From contig NW_019091478.1 in the NCBI RefSeq assembly GCF_001949145.1, positions 802,408 through 833,379 on the forward strand: a DNA stretch of 30,972 bases, given 5' to 3'. Shown in pieces: positions 22,309 through 30,972 of this stretch. How positions within the stretch are numbered: position 1 is the stretch's first letter; every line of letters begins with the position of its first letter. The position numbers were made by a program, and so were the translations under genes. The notes beneath the pieces are model-generated. The model had not been told where the DNA came from and searched no databases. It saw nothing but the letters and a program-made list of their open reading frames with translations. This DNA is from Acanthaster planci (Eukaryota).

Positions 22309-22607
22309 CTGGAGACAATTAACAAAAGTATCCATCATCCCTCATTCCTATGAAGCAATTTGTTTTCCTACAAAAGTCAGGTTTCCAAGGTGATATTTAC
22401 TGTCAATGGAAAGACATGCAATGCAATTGGATCGAAGAAGATGAGATTGAAGTACTCTTGGAACATGCACGTAAGTGTGATGTAGTATTTCAAAGAGAGT
22501 TCCTTTAAATCTGGATAAGGGCCTGGCCCCATCAATGGGCTGGACCATGTATACCAGGGATGGCCAGTAGTGGAGGAGACAACAAGCAAATAACACAATG
22601 GCCTCAC

Positions 22608-22801
22608 CTGTAGAGGTTTCCACAGGTGTGTCATGGCATCGTCACCGCCAGTTGCCACGACAACATTCTCCAGCCGCACCATCTCCACCTTGTCCAGTTT
22701 CCTCTTCTCGTGCTTGTCCTTCCACTCCTCTTTGGCCACCATGCTTGACCAAGGCTGGCTCGGCGCTCCAGACTCTTTGGTGCCCAGGTCTTCAAATAAA
22801 T
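22608..22801 (-). CDS. WD40 gene exon W11, with a charged insertion; (D)LFEDLGTKESGAPSQPWSSMVAKEEWKDKHEKRKLDKVEMVRLENVVVATGGDDAMTHLWKPLQ
   Basis: The GTGAGG donor sits at 22607. The acceptor is either the CAG at 22804-22802 (used here) or the AAG at 22792-22790, which would start the exon at 22789 and drop LFED. Both are phase compatible. The frame equals track ORF 22377..22898. Confidence 0.55.
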
Positions 22802-22999
22802 CTGCCGCCAAAATGACCAAATTCACAAATGCACATGAATGCTTATAGAAATTCCGGCTCTTGTTTTTGGAAATTGTCAAACTAAAGGCCAACAGCAAAA
22901 TTGTTCAAGGCCACATATGCATTTGAAAATTTGGTGAATGTACCAGTTGTTATTTCATGACCCCTATAAATTGATTTAATCTCTCCTGAGTTCCTTAGA

Positions 23000-23069
23000 T
23001 TAACCCTAACCCCCTAGGGTGTATGTAAAATGGTATTGAAATTGAAGGATTTGGGACTGTTAGGGTTAA
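23000..23069. mobile_element. Miniature palindromic element of about 70 bp with 11-bp perfect terminal inverted repeats TTAACCCTAAC / GTTAGGGTTAA (telomere-like CCCTAA core)
   Basis: The left inverted repeat is at 23000-23010 and the right at 23059-23069. Related solo half-sites are GTTAGGGTTAAAG at 11215-11227 and TTTAACCCTAA at 18600-18610. It is intronic (WD40 gene intron W10-W11). Confidence 0.4.
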
Positions 23070-23526
23070 AGAAATGTTTTCTGCGTTGACTGTTGATATC
23101 TTTCAATGAATACATTACAGTAAACTCTTCATATCTGAGCTCCTTCTTCAGATACTTCTAAAAACTGTGAATTACAAGAAAATACTGCTGAACAACATAC
23201 TTGACATCTGTGTGTTGCTACCACTGCAAACTAGAGGGTCCTACTTTGGAATGCTTCAACATAAATCCCAGATTCTGATTGCAATGCAATTTTTATGAAG
23301 TATACAAAACCATTAAAAAAACGCAGCGTACAAATACGCCTTTATGTCCAATGTGTTTGAAAAATCATATTATAAAATTTGGAGGATTAATTAAGGACTG
23401 TTGGGCTAAAGATAATCAGGGTTCTATTGAGAATCACAAATAAAGTGATGGAAGTTTCACGCTTTGGATTTCCTTAGAGTAGGGAAGTTCACATATCCTT
23501 GTTCATACAGGACTATCTGCGCTTAC

Positions 23527-23665
23527 CCTCAAGCTGCTTGGCCGACACAAAGATATCGCAGCAGTTGACGCGACTGTTGTGGCCGTACAGGGTGGTGATC
23601 TCAATGCCCTTGTGTGACCAGACTCGGATGGTACCATCAAAGCAGGCGGACACAACACAGCCTTG
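23527..23665 (-). CDS. WD40 gene exon W10; QGCVVSACFDGTIRVWSHKGIEITTLYGHNSRVNCCDIFVSAKQLE(D)
   Basis: The acceptor ccggtcatttcag|c sits at 23667-23666 and the GTAAGC donor at 23526. The frame equals track ORF 23513..23854. Confidence 0.7.
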
Positions 23666-24303
23666 CTGAAATGACCGGGGTAAAAAATACATAAACACTA
23701 AAATAATGGGAAGGAACAGGGAAATAAGCACTGATACTGCTTCTCTCTTGAGAACTCTGCTGCGGCTTTTTGAAGGGAAGACGGCAGGATCACAGAATGA
23801 GGGGTCCGTAAGAGATTGCTCCTTGTGGCGGTTGGTCGTCCCAGCACTTTTCAACTGTGCTTGAATTGCAAAGCTTAGAATGGTGAGAATTCCAGAAACC
23901 CAAGATCGGCAGGTGTGCTTAGAATTGGGCAGTTGGCAGAGTTTTACAACTAGGAGAAATTTACAGGTTAGTGTGACATCGAAGAGCAGCCATTCTTCTC
24001 AGCGTGGTAAAGGGGGTAAAAATGGGGCATCACTGTGCCAAACAATATTAATCTCGCGAGAGTGAACTGGTTGTATTTTGGGGAAAAGTGCAACTTCTTG
24101 AAATTTCTAACTTAATGAGTTTATTTACTGAGTTACCATATAGATATGTGCTTGTGCGGTGCTTTAAGATAGTGATGAAAGACAGATGACAAACATAAGG
24201 ATGTTACATTTTAGGTTTCAACTGTACATTTCAAAACAAGCGGCCCCTTTGGAACACTTCTTCTTGTAAAATTTATCCTGGGAATAAACCTTGAAGGACT
24301 TAC

Positions 24304-24411
24304 ACTGTACGCAACAGCGTTGATGGCGCTGGTGTGCCCGATAAACTGGCATTTTTCATTCATGGCTTTCATGTCCCAGAGTTTCAGGGTGAAGTCATTA
24401 GAAGCAGTCAC
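24304..24411 (-). CDS. WD40 gene exon W9; VTASNDFTLKLWDMKAMNEKCQFIGHTSAINAVAYS
   Basis: The acceptor tcttgttgcag|g sits at 24413-24412 and a GTAAGT donor at 24303-24298. The frame equals track ORF 24211..24420. Confidence 0.7.
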
Positions 24412-25100
24412 CTGCAACAAGATAAAGCATAGGACTTGTTATATCAATTCTTGGTCAGTGAACCTTATTCTTCACTTTGGGATGATGCTCAGCTCTTGCA
24501 ATGGTAGAGTAAAAAAAATGGTAGACTGAACCTCCTTTCATCTCCTGGATTTAGCAGATAAACAATCCCATGAATGTATCACCAAGCACCAGCAAATATT
24601 CACACCTTGAAAATATCAAACCCACTATTCCCAAAGCAGGATGACTTGCTAGAAAAGCTTCTGGTAAGTTCTGCAACTTTTACGAGTGACTGTTGGTGAA
24701 ATCACACCACAAGAGCAACGCAACGTCCAAAACTTCAACTATCTACACCAGCCAAAGATTTCCGCTTTCGACGTTGTTCAGTGGACTGATTTGAAGAAGA
24801 AAACACAGCTCATTAGTGGTTGAAGATTTTATTGAAATAAAGCAACCCACATCAGTGCTTATGTCTTAATGAGAGGGGTCACATTGATCAGTATACCTCA
24901 ATTTAGCAGCAAACCTTTTAACAACTTTGATTAAACCTGGTGCCTCTCTGGGTAGCTAGGTCTCACTGTCGTTTGATTTCCCTAGAAACTAAATCTTTCT
25001 TCTTGTCCGAATTATTGATTGATCATTATTCTGGTAGGTAAACAGTAAATTTGAAGGTATTTAGGAATACATTCATTAGAGAGATTATCACTTGTCGTAC

Positions 25101-25238
25101 CAGGAAGTCGTTGCTATCTGACCAGCACAGCGCCGTCACCCAGTCCTTATGGCAAGCGTGTATCTCGGCCAGTGGTCGCAATGCTTTGCCTCGCTTGCCG
25201 CTTATGTAGTCACTCTCCATGCTCCACACCTGCAGGCT
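25101..25238 (-). CDS. WD40 gene exon W8; SLQVWSMESDYISGKRGKALRPLAEIHACHKDWVTALCWSDSNDFL
   Basis: The acceptor tttttgccctcacag|a sits at 25240-25239 and the GTACGA donor at 25100. The frame equals track ORF 25026..25409. Confidence 0.65.
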
Positions 25239-25325
25239 CTGTGAGGGCAAAAATTGCAATGAGCCAAACTTTAGAGTGTTCATATCCGAGGAAAATTGGG
25301 GATGCGAAAAGAATGTGACGTGCGA

Positions 25326-25965
25326 CCCATAACCGACCCTGTTCCAACAACACAAACGTGAATGCCACCACCATCCCAAAAACCAGGCTGAAAGAATGTT
25401 AAGCTGCATGTACTATCGGCAAAATGACACCAAAATGAGCAATGCAAACTCAAAAATTCGGTCACTGCCAACAACTACTGAAGATTTCTGTAGACACAAT
25501 TCTTCCTTTACATAACTCTGAAGCATGAAAAACCAACAGCAATGGGAAGACTTGTCAACATCAATCTACCTACTTCAGCTTGGTTTGGAAACACTTGGCC
25601 AAAAGGAATCTTGTTTCAAGTGCTTAATCTAACACAAAACACATAAAGCACAGCCAGTATACCAGTGCAGTACTCATCCTAACAGATTCTAACAAACCCT
25701 GGTGTTGGAATTTGGTTGGTTGGGGATCGATATCTCCTTCATCAAGCTTTTTAAAGAACCAGATTATTCCATTTGCAAAACCGTACCCCCATAACCACCC
25801 CTGTCCAAATATTACAACAGAAAAGGTTTTAACTGTTTAGTTGGTTTCATCAAATTTTTCCTAGCAACCAAGTTTACTACATCTGAAGGACATAAGTAAC
25901 CAACCCTGTCCTAACAATACAAAGGAAAATGTTTCAGTTGTTAATAAGTTTCATCAAAGTTTCAT
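25326..25965. repeat. Three dispersed copies of a 45-75-bp intronic repeat (CATAACCRACCCTGTYCMAACAAYACAAA...GTTTCATCAAA) at 25326-25370, 25786-25860 and 25896-25965
   Basis: Found by direct comparison. Copies B and C also share the 3' half (gtttyarytgttwaktwrgtttcatcaaa). It lies in WD40 intron W7-W8. Confidence 0.55.
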
Positions 25966-26396
25966 GAACACATCAAAAACACCAAGTTTTTGTATTTGAA
26001 AAGTCATGAATGTGAAATGCCACGACAGCAAGACCCACTCACTGCCTTTTTGGCACAAGAATGAGCCTTGAGCTGGACCAATAGAGGGTGCAATTTTCTC
26101 AGCAACAGAGGGTCCCTTTGGTCAGAAGTAAACTTCGCTAGTGTACGACTAACTAGGAAATGCATGTGTTAAGCTTGCATCGCTACCTACAAAATTAACA
26201 CTCCTGATCAATATGGCTCTTTTCAACCGATGAGGGGGTGCTTCTGCTCGAGGCTGCTACTCTAAGCTCTTTTAAGCATGTTCCGCACTACAAAATCTCA
26301 AAACTGACATTCTTTGTCCTTGTGTTAGGGAAGCAACAAATCAATCATTCTGACTCTTCTTAGCTTTTCAAGTCTCGTTGACCTTGGTGATCTTAC

Positions 26397-26499
26397 CGCA
26401 TCTTTGCTTCCCGTGGCCAGTCTGGTGCCGTCCACACTGAACCCACAGCAGGTCACGGTGCCGTTGCAAGTTGCATGGATCACAGCAAGGCAGTCCAGG
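26397..26499 (-). CDS. WD40 gene exon W7; (T)LDCLAVIHATCNGTVTCCGFSVDGTRLATGSKDA
   Basis: The acceptor ctgtatgcag|c sits at 26501-26500 and the GTAAGA donor at 26396. It joins W8 to give ATGSKDASLQVWS. Confidence 0.6.
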
Positions 26500-26936
26500 C
26501 TGCATACAGCGGAAGAAATTGTATGTCAGAAACTGTGTTTATCATTATGGAAATAAATCTGGCCACTGACGGTGGCTAACATGTTTCAGAAGCAATGCTA
26601 CACAAATCATGAGCAACAAAAGACAGGAAAACAGGCATAAGGAAACAAAAACAAGAGCTAGTTCCTTGATTCAAAAGGGGGTTCCAATGTTGCACCCCAA
26701 AGGTTATTAAAAAAACTCCAAAACAAAAGAAAACACACCATACTGTTAACCCCCCCAGAACTATTCAAAAAGTATCTTCCTTTGCATTAATGTCGCTCTA
26801 ACATTACCCTCAACCCAGATGAACAAATATCACACAGTACCAGTACTTGTCTTTTTGAGGGGCAATTTCAGGGGAGGAGGTCACAAAGGAAGAGCAATAC
26901 AACCAAAAAAGAACCTCGAGTCAAAAATGTGCCTAC

Positions 26937-27103
26937 GTTTTCTGGTTGGGCTTGCGGTCGTAGGGCAAGCGCCATATGTGGATGGTGTTGTCCTCGTAGG
27001 TGGCTGCTGCCAACCGGTTGGGCATGCTGTAGGCCAAGCTGGTGACCGGCTTCAGATGGGAAGCCAGGACGGTGTTGACGGAACCCTTGGTTCCCGACAG
27101 AAG
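26937..27103 (-). CDS. WD40 gene exon W6; LLSGTKGSVNTVLASHLKPVTSLAYSMPNRLAAATYEDNTIHIWRLPYDRKPNQK(T)
   Basis: The acceptor caatccatag|c sits at 27105-27104, with an in-frame TAG just upstream in the intron. A GTAGGC donor sits at 26936, immediately before an in-frame TAG. Exit phase 2 matches the phase-2 entry of W7. The junction GDVA|LLSGTKGSV mirrors the canonical TIRLWDLRTGK spacing. Confidence 0.55.
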
Positions 27104-28079
27104 CTATGGATTGAAGACAGGGGTAAAATTAATAAATAATCGACTGAAGGAGAGAGTTTGTGATTTCTTTCCCCGTGCTGGGTCACTGCAAAAGATAGTT
27201 TGTTCTGTCTACAGTTTGTTCCATCTCTTTTGCAGAATACCCCCTCCTGTAAATGGAGCTGTGGCGCTGGTAAACCCCGCTTTAACTATCCCCAGCCCTC
27301 TGTGGGTTTTCTTTAAGCACCCTGCCAAACCCGACAGAACCCAACAGCTAGAGCAAAAGGCCTTTTGTTCACTTTTGTTCATCAACAAAATCCCACAGAA
27401 AGAGTCCACAACTGAACATTGTTGGCTTTATCATGGTTACGGTTAAGGGTCCTCTGATATTTACAAATGTCAGGGAGGCTCCACGGTTGCCATGGACACC
27501 ATTTTTTTCACTTTATTTCAATTGAAACTGCTTCTCTCAGTGGACATTATCAAAAGGACACCAAAACTTCCAAAGCCTTCCACATGTTTTCATTTTGCAA
27601 TCACAACATGAGTGGCACTGACTCCATATTTGATATTCTGGCAAATTCTGTGTTCATCTGTGTAATAACCAATTGGCTGAGAATGAAGCATATAAATAAG
27701 ATTGCAGGCTCTTCATAATTAGCATAAAAGCAACCAAAAATGTGAACTGAATGCTACACAGAACACATAGTGACATTCGTTTCAGTTCAGTGTGAATATT
27801 TGCTATCACGTAATAAATTTCTATTGTTTGCTTTTGTCCCACGTGTGAACCAGTCTGTAATTACAACGGATTACAAACTGGAAACCAAAACATCTATTAA
27901 AGACGTTACAGGTCAGTACAGGAAGAATGTAAAATTAAACTAGAGCTAAATAAAAATTAAACTTGACGTGTTACAAGATTTTGTGGGGTTTTGTGGGTTA
28001 CTTGTGGGTGAAAACCTTGAATTACCCCTTATTTAATTTTGCACTCTTCCCTGATGATTTTTATTGTCAGCGCACTCAC

Positions 28080-28343
28080 TGCGACATCTCCAGAATCCCA
28101 TCCGGCCAGCAACTCCCGCTGACCTCCTGGGGTCATGACCCATCGCAGCCCCATGACCCTGGCCTGGTGGTGCTGCACTTCCCAAATCACCGCCCCGCTG
28201 TTTGTCTCGTACAGCCGCACACTGCCGCCGTGGTAGCCCACCGCCACCTGCATCCCGTCCAGGCCGATGACCGCGGCCGTGACATGGCCGTAGCGGTCCA
28301 GGCCGAAGGTGGCTGTTTTGCGGCCCAGGTTGCCGGACCACAC
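28080..28343 (-). CDS. WD40 gene exon W5 (about 65% GC); VWSGNLGRKTATFGLDRYGHVTAAVIGLDGMQVAVGYHGGSVRLYETNSGAVIWEVQHHQARVMGLRWVMTPGGQRELLAGWDSGDVA
   Basis: The acceptor ttttcttag|g sits at 28345-28344 and a GTGAGT donor at 28079-28074. It continues the blade begun in W4 (DDQRVK|VWS). It matches track ORF 28029..28343. Confidence 0.65.
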
Positions 28344-28698
28344 CTAAGAAAATTGTCAGCGGAGAATGAAGGTGGAAGTTGTTCGCTTTAATTGAGAAAA
28401 TGTGCCAGTACCCAACACACTTTACACTGTGTATGTTATTATGACCAATTCCTAGAAGAATTTTGCTAAGCACCAGGGCTCCAGCCAATGTTGTATGAGA
28501 AACCATCTCAAAGCTGTACACGAGACCAGACACAAGACCAGTGGCAACTAACAGGGTGAACAATGGCAACGGAATGCTTATGTTGTAGTTCATTTGAATA
28601 GCTTTTGACTTGAATTCAGACTGCAGGGCTTTTGCGACTTCCAGAGACAACTTTCAGTGAAAGTAAACATAGATTGCCAATTTAATATAAGTTGTTAC

Positions 28699-28797
28699 CT
28701 TGACTCTCTGATCGTCACTGACAGTCACGAGCTGCCGTCCGTTGGGTGAGAAAGCTAGACGGTTGATGGGCATCACATGTCCGTCCAAGCCCCCAAC
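28699..28797 (-). CDS. WD40 gene exon W4; VGGLDGHVMPINRLAFSPNGRQLVTVSDDQRVK
   Basis: The acceptor cactactgaccag|g sits at 28799-28798 and the GTAACA donor at 28698. The frame equals track ORF 28654..28950. Confidence 0.65.
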
Positions 28798-29649
28798 CTG
28801 GTCAGTAGTGAAAGAAAGTGGAACACTTTCAAATTTTGTAGTTTGGGGCAGGTTTTCAGTAACAGACCACTTATGGATGTCATAACAGGAGGTTTGGAAA
28901 GTAGAACCACCATTTTCAACATTCAGAATTGAATTTTGATGGTGAAACACATCAGAGAAATGGCCTCAGAGACAATATCCTATGGATCCCATCTGTCTTG
29001 GAGGTTGAGGGTTCACCAATTTCAAAGTTTTTCTGTCTATAAAGTACTCATAATGAGACGGGTTTCAAAAGAGGGAAGTTTTCATTTTTAAATTTGTTAC
29101 CTCAAATGATAACCCTGCCTCTTTTAAACTGATGAAATATCTGGTTGGAAATAATGTAACAAAATTCAAACAATGTGCATTAGATGGATTGTTAAACAGC
29201 ACATGCTTTCCAGCGGCTGTACATGAGTGATTGAGGGCACTATCTTTCCAAGTACTGGCATCTTCAGGGTCAACAAATACTTCATGCATGCACAATCTGA
29301 ATGTGCGTAGGCCTGTGAGGTCTTCACTTGGGCACCAGCCCCACCCAGTGTTGGTCCGTACTCTCATTCGACTAAGGCCATGTCTGAATTACTTGGCTGG
29401 GCACGAGTCTATGGTAGTGGCTACAGCCAGTTCCCACAATGTCGCGTGTGATTTCAGGCCACAGGCAAATGACTTGAATGCGGCCTACGCACAAAATAGA
29501 TTTGCTTAGCAAAAACAGTTACCAGCCAAAAAAATCTTGCGACGTATACTATTTCTAATTGGTTTCCCGCTAACTTCCTGGCACGCAAATTTCGCTAAGC
29601 AATAATTTCAGCTCAAAAGCCCTATGAGGCTGCACCGTGGCCGACATAC

Positions 29650-29769
29650 CTGGGTGCCAGTCTTTGAGGACCAGATTTTGACCGTTCCATCCAGGGATGC
29701 TGAGGCAATGTGCGCCCCACTCGGAGAGTATGCTACTGCACGCACCGAGGCCTTGTGACCTCGCAAGAT
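29650..29769 (-). CDS. WD40 gene exon W3; ILRGHKASVRAVAYSPSGAHIASASLDGTVKIWSSKTGTQ
   Basis: The acceptor ttttgtggtag|a sits at 29771-29770 and the GTATGT donor at 29649. It is a canonical WD blade in a frame the ORF track does not list, because an in-frame TAG lies immediately upstream in the intron. Phase is 0 in and out. Confidence 0.7.
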
Positions 29770-30152
29770 CTACCACAAAAAATTCAGGTGACAAAGGAAG
29801 TGCATCGGTAAAATGCAAGTACAAGCAAATGCAACCTGACCAGGGTCCAAATTTCTTCCATCAAATTCTCTGTCGGAAAGCAAAGCAAATGCTTCTAGCC
29901 TTTTTTGTTGACAAAACAGTGTGAAATGCATGTGTGACTACTGCTGTGGGCTATTCCCTGGTCAATAACTGAGTTTTCACACTTTTGATTGATACAGAAC
30001 CACGAAGAAAATTATTTGAATCCTACAGGTATTTCTTCCAATCACTGTGTAATACATTGATTTACTTTTTAGTCCTTGGAAGCCTGATATAAATTTTAAT
30101 CTAATGTAATGCTTTTAACCACATATGCAGGGGGAGGGGGTGTTTCACTCAC

Positions 30153-30408
30153 CCCTAGTCTCTTTTTCTCCTCCACGTGCCAGATCTTCATGGCTGCGTC
30201 CCAGCCTCCTGTCACCACCATCCTGCCCTCTGGGTGGAACGCCACGCAGTTGATGGGGGTGTTGTCACTCAGGGTGTCTAGAAGCCTGCCGTCGCTGTCG
30301 TCCCACAGCCTCAGGCTGCAATCCCAGGAGGCGGAGACAATCATGGAGCAGCGGCCGCTGTGGCAGCAGGAGCTAACGCGACGTCGGTGGCCCTTCAGGA
30401 CGGCAATC
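30153..30408 (-). CDS. WD40 gene exon W2; (R)IAVLKGHRRRVSSCCHSGRCSMIVSASWDCSLRLWDDSDGRLLDTLSDNTPINCVAFHPEGRMVVTGGWDAAMKIWHVEEKKRLG
   Basis: The acceptor ttccctag|g sits at 30410-30409 and a GTGAGT donor at 30152-30147. Two full WD blades are present (GH...SASWDCSLRLWD and FHPEG..TGGWDAAMKIW). The frame equals track ORF 30096..30593. Confidence 0.7.
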
Positions 30409-30917
30409 CTAGGGAACCAGGAAGAATCGCAGGGTGTTGTGGAACAGTTCTGGGTGAGTTCGCGCAGCGAAAAACGCAGCCAACGTAAAATAGGAATGGA
30501 ATGAGATATGACAAAATGTGATCCACTCTGTGAAAGCGAAAAAGTCTCCAGAACTGCTTTGGAGATAATAGCCTGAATAGAAATCTTACCCAAATTTCAC
30601 CCTCATAGTGTTCATTCTCATTGGGATATCAAACTAAGCATATAAAAAAACAGCTTAGTCTGTCCTTTCTTATCAAAAGTGATTCTGGCGACTTCTGATT
30701 CACTTTCACACTGACAGTTCTGGGCAGCTGAACTGGGGTCATTAAGGTGAGCCTATAATAGCACTCAACCAGTGGTCTGCTACAGTCTGGGTTCCAACTT
30801 GTTCTTGTTTTACCATTGGGGGATCTATAGGTATCAGGTCTATACAAGTTGCACAAGGCAGGGTTGTGGCTAATACAAGAAGTCTGGTAGGCAAGACAGC
30901 GATGGCTGCACACGCAC

Positions 30918-30972
30918 CTATGTCCCTGGTTGGCATCCCACAGACTGAGTGTCTGGTCAACGGAGGCCGTGA
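30918..30972 (-). CDS. Multi-WD40-repeat protein, partial exon W1 (continues beyond the right edge); ...TASVDQTLSLWDANQGH(R)
   Basis: The WD signature DQTLSLWD is present. The donor AG|GTGCGT at 30917 has phase 2, matching the phase-2 acceptor of W2. The frame equals track ORF 30629..30913. Confidence 0.5.

Noticed and set aside
26933-26935. In-frame TAG that looked like the stop codon of the WD40 gene
   Set aside because: A GTAGGC donor starts at 26936. The phase-2 exit matches a phase-2 acceptor at 26501-26500, and ten more in-phase WD40 exons follow on the same strand down to a TGA at 19532.
27181-27450. Overlapping ORFs on both strands (27042..27446 +, 27209..27409 -) in the WD40 intron
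   Set aside because: The sequence is low-complexity and repeat-like (ccccgctttaactatccccagccctctgtgggtt...). It has no coding periodicity and no homology I recognise. It is probably an unclassified interspersed repeat.
28033-28650. Track ORF of 205 aa (- strand), rich in Gly, Pro and Arg
   Set aside because: It is an alternative reading frame running through the 65%-GC WD40 exon W5 and on into the intron. High GC suppresses stop codons. The WD40 frame has the splice sites and the homology.
1-30972. Prokaryotic-style features (operons, CRISPR arrays, defence islands, rRNA)
   Set aside because: The ORF landscape (short ORFs and GT-AG introns), the AT-rich spacers, and gene content typical of eukaryotes (a WD40 propeller array and an SLC49/FLVCR-type transporter) show this is eukaryotic DNA. 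There are no direct-repeat and spacer arrays.

Overview
This window is eukaryotic nuclear DNA, most likely an invertebrate animal. It is AT-rich overall (about 40% GC), with exons at 50-65% GC interrupted by GT...AG introns. It has short open frames only and no operon-like structure, rRNA or CRISPR. Three protein-coding loci can be rebuilt from splice-phase-consistent exon chains. (1) On the + strand at 398-2235, the last three coding exons of a major facilitator superfamily (MFS) transporter of the SLC49/FLVCR-like family; the gene starts left of the window. (2) On the - strand at 13744 down to 5215, a complete ten-exon paralogue of the same transporter family, about 475 aa. It lies tail-to-tail with locus 1, and the intron positions, intron phases and two exon lengths (119 and 183 nt) are conserved between the two copies. 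(3) On the - strand at 30972 down to 19530, at least 18 exons of a very large WD40-repeat gene with 14 or more beta-propeller blades. Its stop codon is at 19530-19532 and its 5' part lies beyond the right edge. Everything else is intron or intergenic and carries several small repeats. These are a tRNA-derived SINE-like piece, two MITE-like hairpin elements (one with telomere-like CCCTAAC terminal repeats), an 11-bp-unit minisatellite, a 58-bp tandem duplication, dispersed intronic repeats, a recurrent TACATGTA palindrome, and a CpG-rich stretch upstream of the - strand transporter gene. No family can be assigned to the WD40 protein from sequence alone. Exon coordinates come from hand translation, from homology to FLVCR1 recalled from memory, and from splice-phase bookkeeping; individual boundaries may be off by a few bases.
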